The notes beneath the pieces are model-generated. The model saw only the letters and a program-made list of their open reading frames with translations, was not told the DNA's origin and ran no database searches. This document shows, in pieces, positions 38,169 through 48,293 of a stretch of DNA of 48,293 nt (position 1 is its first letter; each line of letters begins with the position of its first letter). The stretch is from Bacteroidota bacterium. GTDB taxonomy: Bacteria > Bacteroidota > Bacteroidia > UKL13-3. The position numbers were made by a program, and so were the translations under genes. Where the stretch lies: assembly GCA_947459415.1 (NCBI GenBank), contig CANHDN010000004.1:1-48293 (forward strand). The letters are read 5' to 3'.

Positions 38169-40019
38169 ATGTGTGGAATTGTTGGAATTGCTTCAAAAGT
38201 AGATGTAGGTAATTATTCGTGGTTAAAAGAAGCACGTGATACAATGACTCATCGTGGTCCTGATGATGCAGGTGAGTGGTGGTCAGATAATCATAATATT
38301 GGATTGGGACACAGGAGATTATCAATCATTGAACTTTCTGATGCAGGTCATCAACCAATGCTAGATTATAATAATAGGTATGTTATTACTTTTAATGGTG
38401 AAATCTACAATTTTCAAGAACTTAGAATAATTTTGATAAATTTAGGTTTCAATTTTAACACCAATACGGATACTGAGGTAATTCTCAATGGATATAGAGC
38501 ATGGGGAACAGAAGTTTTGAGTAAGTTGAACGGGATGTTTGCATTTTGTATTTATGACATTGAAAAAAATTTTCTCTTTATTGCTAGAGATAGAGTTGGA
38601 GAAAAACCTTTATTTTATTCTTTTGTAAACAATATTTTTAAGTTTTCATCAGAATTAAAAGCTTTATTATATAATCAAACTAATTATATAAATTATAATT
38701 CCTTTGATTGTTTTTTATCAATGGGTTTTGTTCCCGGTAATTTATCAATAGTTCAAGGAATAAATAAATTACCTCCTGCACATTTTTTACAATTTGACCT
38801 TAATTCAGGTGAATTAATTGTTCAAAGATATTGGGAAATACCAGAATTTAATAACCAGAATTTCGATGAAGATGAATTAATATTTACACTAGAAGAATTA
38901 TTATATGACACTGTTAAAAAACAATTAGTTGCAGATGTGCCTATAGGAGTTTTGTTAAGTGGTGGTCTCGACTCTAGTATAATTACTGCTTTTGCAGCTA
39001 GATCAGAAAAAAACCTAAAAACATTTACAGTTCGTTTTCCAAGATATGCACGATTTGATGAAACAAAGCATGCAAGATTAATTTCAAAATATTTTAATAC
39101 CAATCACATTGAATTGGATGCTACTGATGTAAGCTTTGATATACTTCCTTTACTTGCAAAACAATTTGATGAACCAATTATTGACTCCTCAATGATTCCT
39201 ACATATTTGGTAAGTAATTTAATTAAAAGTCAATGCACAGTTGCTTTGGGTGGAGATGGGGGTGATGAATTGTTTGGTGGATATGGACATTACAGTAGAT
39301 TATTGTTATTAAAAGATAAATTAAAATACATTCACCCAATAATTCGTAAAAATGCTGCGAGATTTGCAGAGACCTTTTTGCCTTTAGGTTTTAAAGGAAG
39401 GAATTGGATGCAAAGTTTAAATATTGACTTTAATACAGGTTTGCCTTTAATTGCATCATATTTTGATAAGGCAACAAGAAAGAAACTTTTAAATAATGAT
39501 AATTTAATATTTAATGCTGAGCTAATTCGCGAAGAGCGAATACCAAGTACAAATGATATACTTCAAAGGGCTACTCGTACAGATTTTGAAAATTATCTGC
39601 CTGAAGATATTTTAGTAAAGGTAGACCGAGCAAGTATGTTAAATTCTTTAGAAATTAGAGCACCATTTTTAGATTATAGAATAATTGAGTTTGCCTTTTC
39701 AAGAGTCCCTTCCAGTCTAAAGGCTAATAAAAATAGCAAAAAAATAATCCTAAAAAAATTAGCAAAAAAAATCTTACCAAATGAATTTGATTTTAATAGA
39801 AAACAAGGGTTTAGTATTCCATTATCAGAATGGCTGAAAATGAGACCATGGATTAATTATTTTGAAGATGTTCTACTTTCTAATAATGATAATATTTTTG
39901 ACAAAAAATTAATTATTCAAATGATACAAGATCAAAAAATTGGTAGATCTAATAGTGAAAGGTTATTCGCTTTAGTTTTATTTGAATTATGGCGAAAAGA
40001 GTATAATATTAAATTTTAA
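38169..40019 (+). CDS. asnB: Asparagine synthase-like glutamine amidotransferase (probably sugar amidation)
   Basis: MCGI, HRGPD, HRRLSII, FNGEIYN, LSGGLDSS, GDGGDELFGGY, KVDRASM. Confidence 0.93.
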   Translation: MCGIVGIASKVDVGNYSWLKEARDTMTHRGPDDAGEWWSDNHNIGLGHRRLSIIELSDAGHQPMLDYNNRYVITFNGEIYNFQELRIILINLGFNFNTNTDTEVILNGYRAWGTEVLSKLNGMFAFCIYDIEKNFLFIARDRVGEKPLFYSFVNNIFKFSSELKALLYNQTNYINYNSFDCFLSMGFVPGNLSIVQGINKLPPAHFLQFDLNSGELIVQRYWEIPEFNNQNFDEDELIFTLEELLYDTVKKQLVADVPIGVLLSGGLDSSIITAFAARSEKNLKTFTVRFPRYARFDETKHARLISKYFNTNHIELDATDVSFDILPLLAKQFDEPIIDSSMIPTYLVSNLIKSQCTVALGGDGGDELFGGYGHYSRLLLLKDKLKYIHPIIRKNAARFAETFLPLGFKGRNWMQSLNIDFNTGLPLIASYFDKATRKKLLNNDNLIFNAELIREERIPSTNDILQRATRTDFENYLPEDILVKVDRASMLNSLEIRAPFLDYRIIEFAFSRVPSSLKANKNSKKIILKKLAKKILPNEFDFNRKQGFSIPLSEWLKMRPWINYFEDVLLSNNDNIFDKKLIIQMIQDQKIGRSNSERLFALVLFELWRKEYNIKF

Positions 40020-40024
40020 TAGAT

Positions 40025-41008
40025 ATGAAAAAAGACTTTCTAAAAATTTTAAGGTGTCCAAAAACTAAAACTAAATTAAAGTTAGTGAATGAAAAATACC
40101 TTGACAATGACGTTATTAGTGGAACCTTAATTAATTCAGATAGTACTTATAGTTATCAAATTATAGATTCAATTCCAAGATTTGTACCAGAATCTAACTA
40201 TGCAAATAATTTTGGATTTCAATGGAATAAATTTAGGGAAACACAACTTGATAGCTACACAGGAACAAATATTTCTAGTAATAGATTTTGGAATTCAACA
40301 CGTTGGGATAAAAATGACATGAAAGGAAAATGGGTTTTAGATTGTGGTTGTGGATCTGGTAGATTTGCTGAAGTTGCGCTTGAGTCAGGTGCTTTTGTTG
40401 TTGCATTAGACTATTCAAACGCTGTTGATGCATGTTATTTGAATTTAAAGAATCATCAAAATTTATATTTGATGCAAGGTGATATTTATGAGCTTCCTTT
40501 TGATCTTAAGTCTTTCGATTTTGTATATTCACTCGGAGTTTTGCAGCACACACCTGATGTAAAGAAAGCTTTTATGGCGATTGCAGATCAAGTTAAGTTT
40601 AATGGGAAATTTTGTGTAGATTTTTATGAAAAAAATCTTAAAAGCAAATTATTGCCAAAATTTTGGTTAAGACCGATTACAAAAAGAATGGATCAAAAAA
40701 AATTATTTACTTTACTAGAGATTGTCACCCCTTCTCTATTTATATTAAGTGAGAACTTAGGAAAAGTTCCTGTTTTGGGTAAATATTTAAAGAGGCTTAT
40801 TCCAGTTGCAAATTATAGTGGTATTTTGCCATTAAATAAAGAACAATTATTACAGTGGGCATTATTGGATACATTTGATTGGTTAGGACCCGAATATGAC
40901 AATCCTCAAAATACTGAAACATTGAATAATTGGATGAATGAAGCTCAAATGGAAAATATAGAAGTATTAAAAGTTGTACATATTGTTGCTAGAGGTATAA
41001 AAAAGTAA
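40025..41008 (+). CDS. Trm112-domain / class I SAM methyltransferase fusion
   Basis: N-terminal LRCP...YQIIDSIPRF, VLDCGCGSGRF, GVLQHTPD. Confidence 0.82.
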   Translation: MKKDFLKILRCPKTKTKLKLVNEKYLDNDVISGTLINSDSTYSYQIIDSIPRFVPESNYANNFGFQWNKFRETQLDSYTGTNISSNRFWNSTRWDKNDMKGKWVLDCGCGSGRFAEVALESGAFVVALDYSNAVDACYLNLKNHQNLYLMQGDIYELPFDLKSFDFVYSLGVLQHTPDVKKAFMAIADQVKFNGKFCVDFYEKNLKSKLLPKFWLRPITKRMDQKKLFTLLEIVTPSLFILSENLGKVPVLGKYLKRLIPVANYSGILPLNKEQLLQWALLDTFDWLGPEYDNPQNTETLNNWMNEAQMENIEVLKVVHIVARGIKK

Positions 41009-41011
41009 TTA

Positions 41012-42154
41012 ATGAGAATAATTGGCATTGATGCTTCAAATTTATTGGAAGGAGGAGGCGTAACTCATTTACAAGAACTTTTATTTCATTCGAATCCTCT
41101 GCAAAATGATTTTGAAAAAATAATTATTTGGGGTTCTAATAAAACATTAAATAAAATTTCGAATTTTGAATGGCTTGAAAAAAGAACTAATTATTTTTTA
41201 AATAAAAGTTTATTTTTTAGATTATTTTGGCGAGTTTTCTTAATTAAATATGAGTTAAGAAAAAATAATTGTAAAATTTTATTTTCTCCAGGTGGTTCTG
41301 ATAGTAGTGGCTTTAAGCCAATGGTCACTATGTGTAGGAATATGTTACCATTTGAAAGGGAGCAAGCGCTAACTTTTGGCTTAAGTATGAAGTCAGTTAA
41401 GTTTTTACTATTATATTTGGTTCAATCTAGGGCATTTTTGAAAGCAAACGGATTAATTTTTTTGACAAATTATGCTTCAGAAAAAGTTACTTCTAAATTA
41501 CCTATATTAAAAAGTAAATCAATAATAATTTCCCATGGAATTAGTAATAGATTTTTTATTGAACCAAGAAAGCAAAAAGAGGAATTCAGTCCAGAAAATC
41601 GTTGTAAAATCATATATGTATCAAAAACAGATCCGTATAAGCATCACTTAAATTTAATAAGAGCAGTAGAATTACTTCATCAAAAAAATTATTACATAGA
41701 ATTGAATTTAATTGGGCCTAGAGGTTCAAGTGCCCAAAAAGTTGAAAGCTTGATTAGTGATTTAGATCCCCAAAACTCTTTTATAAATTATATAGGCGAA
41801 GTGTCATATGAAGATTTAAATACATATTACAAATCTGCAGATGTAGCTATTTTTGCATCAAGTTGCGAAAATATGCCAAATATTCTATTAGAGTCAATGG
41901 CGTCTGGACTTCCTTTAGCTTGTTCTAATATGGGTCCAATGCCTGAAATTTTAGGAAAAAATGCTATATATTTTAATCCTAATTCCATAAATGAAATTTT
42001 TAATGCGATTTCCAAATTAATTAATTCATCGAAATTAAGAGAAGATTTAGCATCCAAATCTTATGAATTGGCTAAAGCATACTCGTGGGAAACAACCGCA
42101 AAAAAAACATTTAGTTATTTGAACAAAATATTGATTACATATAATAAAATTTAA
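41012..42154 (+). CDS. GT4 glycosyltransferase
   Basis: IGIDA...GGG, YKH, SSCENMPNILLESMASG. Confidence 0.88.
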   Translation: MRIIGIDASNLLEGGGVTHLQELLFHSNPLQNDFEKIIIWGSNKTLNKISNFEWLEKRTNYFLNKSLFFRLFWRVFLIKYELRKNNCKILFSPGGSDSSGFKPMVTMCRNMLPFEREQALTFGLSMKSVKFLLLYLVQSRAFLKANGLIFLTNYASEKVTSKLPILKSKSIIISHGISNRFFIEPRKQKEEFSPENRCKIIYVSKTDPYKHHLNLIRAVELLHQKNYYIELNLIGPRGSSAQKVESLISDLDPQNSFINYIGEVSYEDLNTYYKSADVAIFASSCENMPNILLESMASGLPLACSNMGPMPEILGKNAIYFNPNSINEIFNAISKLINSSKLREDLASKSYELAKAYSWETTAKKTFSYLNKILITYNKI

Positions 42155-43195
42155 ATGAATTACAATAAAATTCTACTAATTACTGGAGGAACTGGTTCAT
42201 TTGGAAATGCCGTATTAAATAGATTTCTTAATACAGATTATTTTTCTGAAATCAGAATATTTAGCCGTGATGAAAAAAAGCAAGATGATCTTAGAAAAAG
42301 AGTTAAAAATATTAAAGTTAAATTTTATATTGGAGATGTTCGTGAACGTGATAGCTTAATACCAGCAATTAAAAATGTTGATTATATCTTTCATGCAGCA
42401 GCTTTAAAACAAGTTCCCTCATGTGAATTCTTCCCAATAGAAGCGGTTAAAACTAATATTTTAGGAACAGATAATGTTTTAACTGTTGCCCAAGATTATG
42501 AAGTGAAAAAAGTAGTGGTTCTAAGTACGGATAAAGCCGCATATCCAATTAATGCAATGGGTATGTCAAAGGCCCTTATGGAAAAAGTTATGGTAGCAAA
42601 ATCAAGAATATTGGATTCCAACAAAACTATATTTTGTGGAACAAGATATGGAAATGTAATGGCTTCAAGAGGTTCGGTAATACCTTTGTTCATAGATCAA
42701 ATAAAAGAAAATAAAGCGTTGACACTGACTGATCCAAGCATGACACGATTTATGATGACATTAGAAGATGCAGTTGACTTAGTACTTTATGCTTTTGAGC
42801 ATGCTAATCAGGGTGATTTATTTGTTCAAAAAGCACCTTCTGCAACTGTTGGTACTTTAGCACAAGCTTTAATAGAACTATATAAATCTTCAAGTCAAAT
42901 AAAGGTAATAGGTACGAGGCATGGTGAAAAATTATACGAAACTCTTGTTAACAGAGAAGATATGATTAAAGCCGAAGATTTAGGAGAGTACTATAGAATT
43001 CCTGCTGATAATAGGGATTTAAACTATGAACAATATTTTTCAGAAGGTATGCCTGATATTGCAAATCTTAATGAGTACCATTCTCACAATACTGCAATTT
43101 TAGATGTAGAAGGAATGAAAAAGTTGTTATTAAAGCTTCCAATCATTAGAAAAGACATTTTAGGAGAAGTAGGGGCTATTCAATATCCATATTAA
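42155..43195 (+). CDS. fnlA: UDP-GlcNAc 4,6-dehydratase (FnlA/WbjB/CapE)
   Basis: TGGTGSFG, FSRDEKKQ, HAAALKQVPSCEF, STDKA, MGMSK, RYGNVMASRGSV. Confidence 0.93.
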   Translation: MNYNKILLITGGTGSFGNAVLNRFLNTDYFSEIRIFSRDEKKQDDLRKRVKNIKVKFYIGDVRERDSLIPAIKNVDYIFHAAALKQVPSCEFFPIEAVKTNILGTDNVLTVAQDYEVKKVVVLSTDKAAYPINAMGMSKALMEKVMVAKSRILDSNKTIFCGTRYGNVMASRGSVIPLFIDQIKENKALTLTDPSMTRFMMTLEDAVDLVLYAFEHANQGDLFVQKAPSATVGTLAQALIELYKSSSQIKVIGTRHGEKLYETLVNREDMIKAEDLGEYYRIPADNRDLNYEQYFSEGMPDIANLNEYHSHNTAILDVEGMKKLLLKLPIIRKDILGEVGAIQYPY

Positions 43196-43197
43196 TT

Positions 43198-44313
43198 ATG
43201 TTTAAAGTTGGTGTAACAGGTTCAAATGGGTTTATAGGATGGCATCTGTGCCGCACGTTAGAACTCGATAATGATAAATTTCAATTAATTGAATTCAAAA
43301 GAGATTGGTTTAATGAAGATATAAATCTTGATTCTTTTGTTTTAAAATGTGATATAATAGTTCATTTAGCTGGACTAAATCGACATAGTGAAGAAAGTAT
43401 AATTTATAATACAAATGTTGGATTGGCTGAAAGATTAATTGAATCTTTTAAAAGAATAGGTTTTAGGGGGCAAGTTATATTTTCTTCATCTATTCAAGAA
43501 GAGAGGAATAACACATTTGGAAATTCAAAAAAAGTGGCAAGAGAATTATTTGCTAATTGGGCTAAAGAATCAGGTGCTACATTTCATGGAGTTGTTATTC
43601 CTAATGTATTTGGTGCTTTTGGTGTGCCATTTTATAATTCAGTTGTCTCTACTTTTTGTCATCAGTTAGTAAATTGCGAATCTCCGAAAATTGAAACTGA
43701 TGCAACGCTTAACCTTATTTATATAAATGATCTTTTAAAAAAAACCATTGATTTATTCAATACTGAAACTAATGTTAATGTTACAATTGGGCATACAGAC
43801 ACATATAAGGTTTCTGAAATACTAGAACTCTTAATTAATTTCAAAAACAAGTATTTTGAAAACGGTCAAATTCCAAGTTTCAACAATCAGTTTGAAATAA
43901 ATCTTTTTAATACTTTCAGATCATATTTTAATTTGAATACACATTTCCCCATTAAGTATAAAAAAAATATTGACGAAAGAGGGAATTTCGTTGAGATAAT
44001 AAGACTAGAAACAGGAGGTCAAATTTCTTTTTCTACTACAAAAAAAGGAATAACTAGGGGTAATCATTTCCATACTAGGAAAATAGAGAGGTTTTCAGTA
44101 ATAAAAGGTAAAGCTCTGATTCAATTAAGAAAAATCGGATCAACTGAAGTATATGATTTTTATTTATCTGGAGTTGAGCCGGCATATGTTGATATGCCAA
44201 TTTGGTATACGCACAATATTAAAAATATAGGAGACGAGGAATTATATACAATGTTTTGGATTAATGAGTTTTATGATGCAAATGATCCAGACACTTACTT
44301 TGAAAAAGTATAA
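43198..44313 (+). CDS. fnlB: SDR-cupin epimerase/reductase (FnlB/WbjC/CapF)
   Basis: TGSNGFIG, HLAGLNR, YNSVVSTFC, cupin RGNHFHTRKIERF, WYTHNI. Confidence 0.9.
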   Translation: MFKVGVTGSNGFIGWHLCRTLELDNDKFQLIEFKRDWFNEDINLDSFVLKCDIIVHLAGLNRHSEESIIYNTNVGLAERLIESFKRIGFRGQVIFSSSIQEERNNTFGNSKKVARELFANWAKESGATFHGVVIPNVFGAFGVPFYNSVVSTFCHQLVNCESPKIETDATLNLIYINDLLKKTIDLFNTETNVNVTIGHTDTYKVSEILELLINFKNKYFENGQIPSFNNQFEINLFNTFRSYFNLNTHFPIKYKKNIDERGNFVEIIRLETGGQISFSTTKKGITRGNHFHTRKIERFSVIKGKALIQLRKIGSTEVYDFYLSGVEPAYVDMPIWYTHNIKNIGDEELYTMFWINEFYDANDPDTYFEKV

Positions 44314-44326
44314 AAAATATTAAACA

Positions 44327-45463
44327 ATGAATAAGCGTTTAAAAGTAATGACAGTTGTAGGCACAAGGCCTGAAATTATAAGATTAGCAAGGGTAATGAG
44401 TGCTTTAGATAATTCAAATGCTATTGAGCATATAATTGTTCATACAGGGCAAAATTATGATTATGAATTAAATCAAATATTTTTTGACGATTTACAAATC
44501 CGTAAACCTGACTATTTTTTGAATGCCGCTGGAGTAACAGCAACTGAAACAATTGGAAAAATTCTCATTAATATTGATCCTCTATTAGAAGAAGTAAAGC
44601 CTGATGCGTTTTTGGTATTAGGTGATACTAATAGTTGCTTGTGTGCAATACCCGCTAAAAAAAGACACATACCTATTTTTCACATGGAGGCAGGAAATAG
44701 ATGTTTTGATCAACGTGTACCAGAAGAAACCAATCGAAAAATTGTAGACCATATTTCGGATATAAATTTGACATATAGTGATATTGCCCGTGAATACCTT
44801 TTGCGCGAAGGATTATCAGCTGATAGAATAATCAAGACAGGTTCTCCAATGTTTGAGGTTTTAAATCATTATCTAGATTCTATAAAAATTTCTGATGTAT
44901 TAACTAGATTAGACCTTGAACAATATAAATATTTTATTGTATCTGCACACAGGGAAGAAAATATTAATAACGAATCAAATTTTACAGATCTTATAACTAG
45001 CTTGAATTTGATTGCTGAAAAATATAATTATCCAATTATTGTAAGTACGCATCCAAGAACTAGAAAAATGATCGATGGCAAAGGAATAATATTACATAAG
45101 AATATTCAACTTTTAAAACCATTAGGATTTAATGATTATAATGCATTGCAGATGAATGCAAAGGCAGTTTTGTCAGATAGTGGCACAATATCAGAAGAGT
45201 CTTCAATATTAAACTTTCCAGCTTTAAATATCAGACAGGCACATGAAAGACCAGAAGCGATGGAAGAGGCATCTGTAATGATGGTGGGATTATATCCTGA
45301 AAGAATATTGCAAGGTTTAATTGAATTGGAAAATCAACACATAGGAGAAGAACGAACATTTAGAAAAGTTGCAGATTATTCAATGCCAAATGTTTCTGAT
45401 AAAGTGGTAAGAATAATAATTAGTTATGTAGATTATATTAAACGAACAGTTTGGGGCGAATGA
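44327..45463 (+). CDS. fnlC: Non-hydrolysing UDP-sugar 2-epimerase (FnlC/WbjD/CapG)
   Basis: VGTRPEIIRL, HTGQNYDYEL, HMEAGNRCFD, DSGTISEE, HERPEAM. Confidence 0.92.
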   Translation: MNKRLKVMTVVGTRPEIIRLARVMSALDNSNAIEHIIVHTGQNYDYELNQIFFDDLQIRKPDYFLNAAGVTATETIGKILINIDPLLEEVKPDAFLVLGDTNSCLCAIPAKKRHIPIFHMEAGNRCFDQRVPEETNRKIVDHISDINLTYSDIAREYLLREGLSADRIIKTGSPMFEVLNHYLDSIKISDVLTRLDLEQYKYFIVSAHREENINNESNFTDLITSLNLIAEKYNYPIIVSTHPRTRKMIDGKGIILHKNIQLLKPLGFNDYNALQMNAKAVLSDSGTISEESSILNFPALNIRQAHERPEAMEEASVMMVGLYPERILQGLIELENQHIGEERTFRKVADYSMPNVSDKVVRIIISYVDYIKRTVWGE

Positions 45464-46698
45464 TCACAAAGAAAATTTTAATACATTCTATTGTATTTAG
45501 TCCTGATGGTGTTTCTACTGCATATTTGTATAATGATATAGCTCTAGGTTTTAGAAATGCCGGATATGAAGTTGTGGTTTTAACAACTACACCACATTAT
45601 AATTTAATAGAAAGTACTTTAATCAAACAACCTTTAAAAAGCAAATTATTTGGCATATTCTATGAAAGTGATTTTAATGGAATAAAAGTAATTCATGTTC
45701 CATTAAAGAAATATAAGAGTACTATTATAAGAATATTTTCTTTCATATACTGGCATTTTTTATCTCTCATTATAGGGCTTTCGATAAAAAGTGTAAATTT
45801 TGTACTAAGTCCTTCTCCTCCTTTAAGCATTGGACTTGTTTCAATATTAATTGCAAAAAAGAATAGAGCTAAATTTATATATAATGTTCAAGAAATATAT
45901 CCTGACTTATTAATTAAAAATGGAGCACTTAAATCAAGCCTACTCATCAAGTCTTTAAAGTGGTTAGAAAAATATGTTTATAACCATGCAACTGCGGTAA
46001 TTACGATTGATCAAAAATTCCATGACCAAATTGTTGATAGATTTTTTGAAAAAGATAAGCTGAAAATAGTACCCAATTTTGTTGATACGAAATTATACAA
46101 GCCAATATCCAAGGAAATAGAATTCCCTAAACCATATACAATAGACCCACATAAAGTTCGATTATTATATGCAGGAAATATTGGATTTTATCAAGATTGG
46201 GAGCCAGTATTATATGCTGCAAAAAAACTTATAGATTCTAACATTGAATTTTGGATTATAGGAGAAGGTGTAAAAAAAGAATATTTATTACAAGAAGTAG
46301 AAAAACACAGTCTCACCAATATTAAAATTTTACCCTATCAGGATAGAGAATTAATGCCTATTATAAATGCATTTGCTGATATTCATTTTATATCTATTAG
46401 TAAAAAAATGGAACAAGAAGGTTTTCCTTCAAAAGTATATACAATAATGGCTTGTGCAAAACCAATGATTGTAATTACAGGTGAGAATACGCCTTTGTAT
46501 AATTTCTTAAATAATTTGAATTGTTCTATATTGATTACAAATAATCGTAATGAAGGTTTTGTTAATTCGATAATTGAGTTAGCAAATAACGAAAGTAAAA
46601 AATATGAATTAGCTCAAAATGGTTATGAAATAATACATAAATTTTATACAAAAGATAAAGTTATTAGTCAGTATATAAAATTATTTGAAAATTGTTAA
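45460..46698 (+). CDS. wbuB: GT4 glycosyltransferase, WbuB/CapL-like (L-FucNAc transferase)
   Basis: SPP, VQEIYPD, YAGNIG, FPSKVYTIMACAKP. Follows fnlABC, with an ATGA overlap at 45460. Confidence 0.78.
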   Translation: MITKKILIHSIVFSPDGVSTAYLYNDIALGFRNAGYEVVVLTTTPHYNLIESTLIKQPLKSKLFGIFYESDFNGIKVIHVPLKKYKSTIIRIFSFIYWHFLSLIIGLSIKSVNFVLSPSPPLSIGLVSILIAKKNRAKFIYNVQEIYPDLLIKNGALKSSLLIKSLKWLEKYVYNHATAVITIDQKFHDQIVDRFFEKDKLKIVPNFVDTKLYKPISKEIEFPKPYTIDPHKVRLLYAGNIGFYQDWEPVLYAAKKLIDSNIEFWIIGEGVKKEYLLQEVEKHSLTNIKILPYQDRELMPIINAFADIHFISISKKMEQEGFPSKVYTIMACAKPMIVITGENTPLYNFLNNLNCSILITNNRNEGFVNSIIELANNESKKYELAQNGYEIIHKFYTKDKVISQYIKLFENC

Positions 46699-47575
46699 TG
46701 GAAAGTATATTTATAACTGGATCTTCGGGATTTGTCGGGAAAAATATTATAAACTATTTTAATAAAATAGTTCGAATTTTACAAATTTTCAAAGAACGAT
46801 AAAATTCAAATTAATCAGGACATAGTTCTGCAATTTGCAAGCAAAGCTCATGATCTAAAAAACACTTCTAATATAGAGGTATTATAAAGACAATACTGAA
46901 TTAACCAAGCTTGTATTTGACAATTTTCTTAAATCTGATGCTATATAATTTATAACTTTGAGTTCAGTAAAAGTCATAGCTGATAAGTTGTGTAGTGAGC
47001 TAACTGAAGAATATATACCTAGTCCAATTATACATTATGGGAAGAGGGAATTACCTACTGAATAATATATTTTAGTAATCAATTTTCAATAGAGAAAAAA
47101 GTTTAAATTTTAAGTCTTTGTCTGATTCATGGCTCCGGAATAAAGGGAATCTGAATTTATAATTTAAAATTGTAAATACAAACTTTCCAAGGCCAGTTGG
47201 AGCATTTAATTATAAACAATCATTTTGCAGTATTGACAATCTTTGTATTATAATACACGAATTAATTGAAAATGATAAAAATTCATCTGGGGTTTATAAT
47301 ATAGCCGATGATAATCCTTTATCAACAAACGTTCTTATTAAATTAATTTCTTAATCCCAAGGTAAAAAAGTATTATTTTGAAAATACCTAATTTATAATC
47401 AATATAATCTCTAACGTTGTTAGTTTATTTAAACTTCCTCTCAACACTTAAAGTATATACATAAATTACATTGTGTCTAATAAAAAAATCAAACGTGCTA
47501 TATATAAATAAATAATTACCTATTAATTCTAAGACAGAATTAATCAAAACAATTCTTTCATTTTATAAATATTAA
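46698..47575 (+). pseudogene. Eroded NAD-dependent epimerase/reductase (WbpV-like)
   Basis: Manual translation across frames: MESIFITGSSGFVGKN / SKAHDLKNTS / YYKDNTELTKLVFDNFLKSDAI*FITLSSVK / HYGKR / IHGSG / SFCSIDNL...SGVYNIADDNPLSTN / LIKTILSFYKY*. Multiple stops and frameshifts. Absent from the ORF track. Confidence 0.88.
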
Positions 47576-47584
47576 ATTTTTTAA

Positions 47585-47592
47585 TATATTTG
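47585..47592 (+). promoter_or_regulatory. Bacteroidota -7 promoter element for metK
   Basis: TATATTTG(CA) 30 nt upstream of ATG 47623. Confidence 0.65.
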
Positions 47593-47622
47593 CACTTTAA
47601 AAATTCATCTAAATAATACAAT

Positions 47623-48293
47623 ATGCCTTATTTATTTACCTCAGAGAGTGTTTCTGAAGGACATCCAGACAAAGTAGCGGATCAGATATCTGACGCTTTA
47701 ATTGATAATTTTTTAGCTTTCGATCCACAATCCAAAGTGGCATGTGAGACTTTGGTAACAACAGGTCAGGTAGTATTGGCTGGTGAAGTAAAGTCAAAAG
47801 CATATTTAGATGTGCAAGAAATTGCAAGAGGGGTAATCAGAAAGATTGGTTACACCAAGAGTGAATATATGTTTGAAGCGAATAGCTGTGGTATTTTATC
47901 TGCTATTCACGAGCAATCAGCGGATATCAACCAAGGGGTGGACAGAAAGAAAAAAGAAGAGCAAGGAGCAGGTGACCAAGGGATGATGTTTGGTTATGCA
48001 ACCAACGAGACGGAAGATTATATGCCATTGGCTTTGGACTTAGCACACAAGATCTTAATTGAGTTGGCTGCATTAAGAAGAGAGAATAAGGCGATTAAAT
48101 ATTTAAGACCTGACGCAAAGTCTCAGGTAACTTTAGAGTACAATGATCAAAACCAACCAGTAAGAATTGATGCGATTGTAGTATCTACACAGCACGATGA
48201 TTTTGATGCAGAAGGTAAGATGTTAGCGAAGATCAAAAAAGATATCGTTGAGATCTTGATTCCAAGAGTACAAGCGAAGTACAAGAAATATGC
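47623..48293 (+). CDS. metK: S-adenosylmethionine synthetase (3' end outside the window)
   Basis: Manual translation [24 protein letters not shown]...[12 protein letters not shown]...[10 protein letters not shown]...VSTQH. Open to the window end. Confidence 0.97.
   Translation, partial: MPYLFTSESVSEGHPDKVADQISDALIDNFLAFDPQSKVACETLVTTGQVVLAGEVKSKAYLDVQEIARGVIRKIGYTKSEYMFEANSCGILSAIHEQSADINQGVDRKKKEEQGAGDQGMMFGYATNETEDYMPLALDLAHKILIELAALRRENKAIKYLRPDAKSQVTLEYNDQNQPVRIDAIVVSTQHDDFDAEGKMLAKIKKDIVEILIPRVQAKYKKY

Noticed and set aside
38169-40019. Role in asparagine biosynthesis
   Set aside because: Position between wzy and GT4 genes in a WbpO/WbpP locus favours sugar amidation.
46699-47622. ncRNA or SAM riboswitch in the apparent 900-bp gap before metK
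   Set aside because: The gap is explained by the epimerase pseudogene, and no GC-rich structured element was seen.
666-47827. Numerous 60-113 aa ORFs in the ORF track (e.g. 1066-1407, 16624-16881, 38822-39103, 47636-47827)
   Set aside because: All lie within or antisense to well-supported CDSs and lack motifs.
1-48293. CRISPR arrays, tRNA/rRNA genes, IS elements, prophage genes
   Set aside because: No regular repeats, RNA-gene signatures or transposase/integrase ORFs were seen by eye, and nearly all sequence is accounted for by CDSs.

Overview
AT-rich bacterial DNA, most likely Bacteroidota (TAnnTTTG -7 promoter boxes, A-rich start contexts without Shine-Dalgarno motifs, signal peptides followed by Gln). 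Almost the whole window is one surface-polysaccharide super-locus. The left part (80-16226, mixed strands) holds a WecB/TagA glycosyltransferase (GT), a GDP-mannose 3,5-epimerase-like SDR, a methyltransferase, a DUF707 protein, Wzz, GT9/GT25/GT2, Wzx, three Wzi-family outer-membrane proteins, an O-antigen ligase/polymerase and WcaJ. The right part (16439-47575, all + strand, about 31 kb) holds a KpsD/Wza-type exporter and Wzz, WbpO/WbpP, a second Wzx, Wzy, AsnB, GT4s, FnlABC-WbuB (L-FucNAc) and an eroded epimerase pseudogene, followed by the 5' part of metK. The most unusual element is a non-canonical ulosonic-acid module: an animal-NANS-like NeuB, KdsC-type phosphatase, SDR, aldehyde dehydrogenase, NeuA, a transketolase lacking the usual stereo-determining Asp, a PhyH-type dioxygenase, methyltransferases and a KpsS/GT107-like transferase, with no NeuC/Leg/Pse precursor genes. 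I infer a pathway to an unusual CMP-activated, possibly dicarboxylic ulosonate (a Dha-type ulosaric acid is one candidate). All calls rest on motif recognition; no database searches were run.
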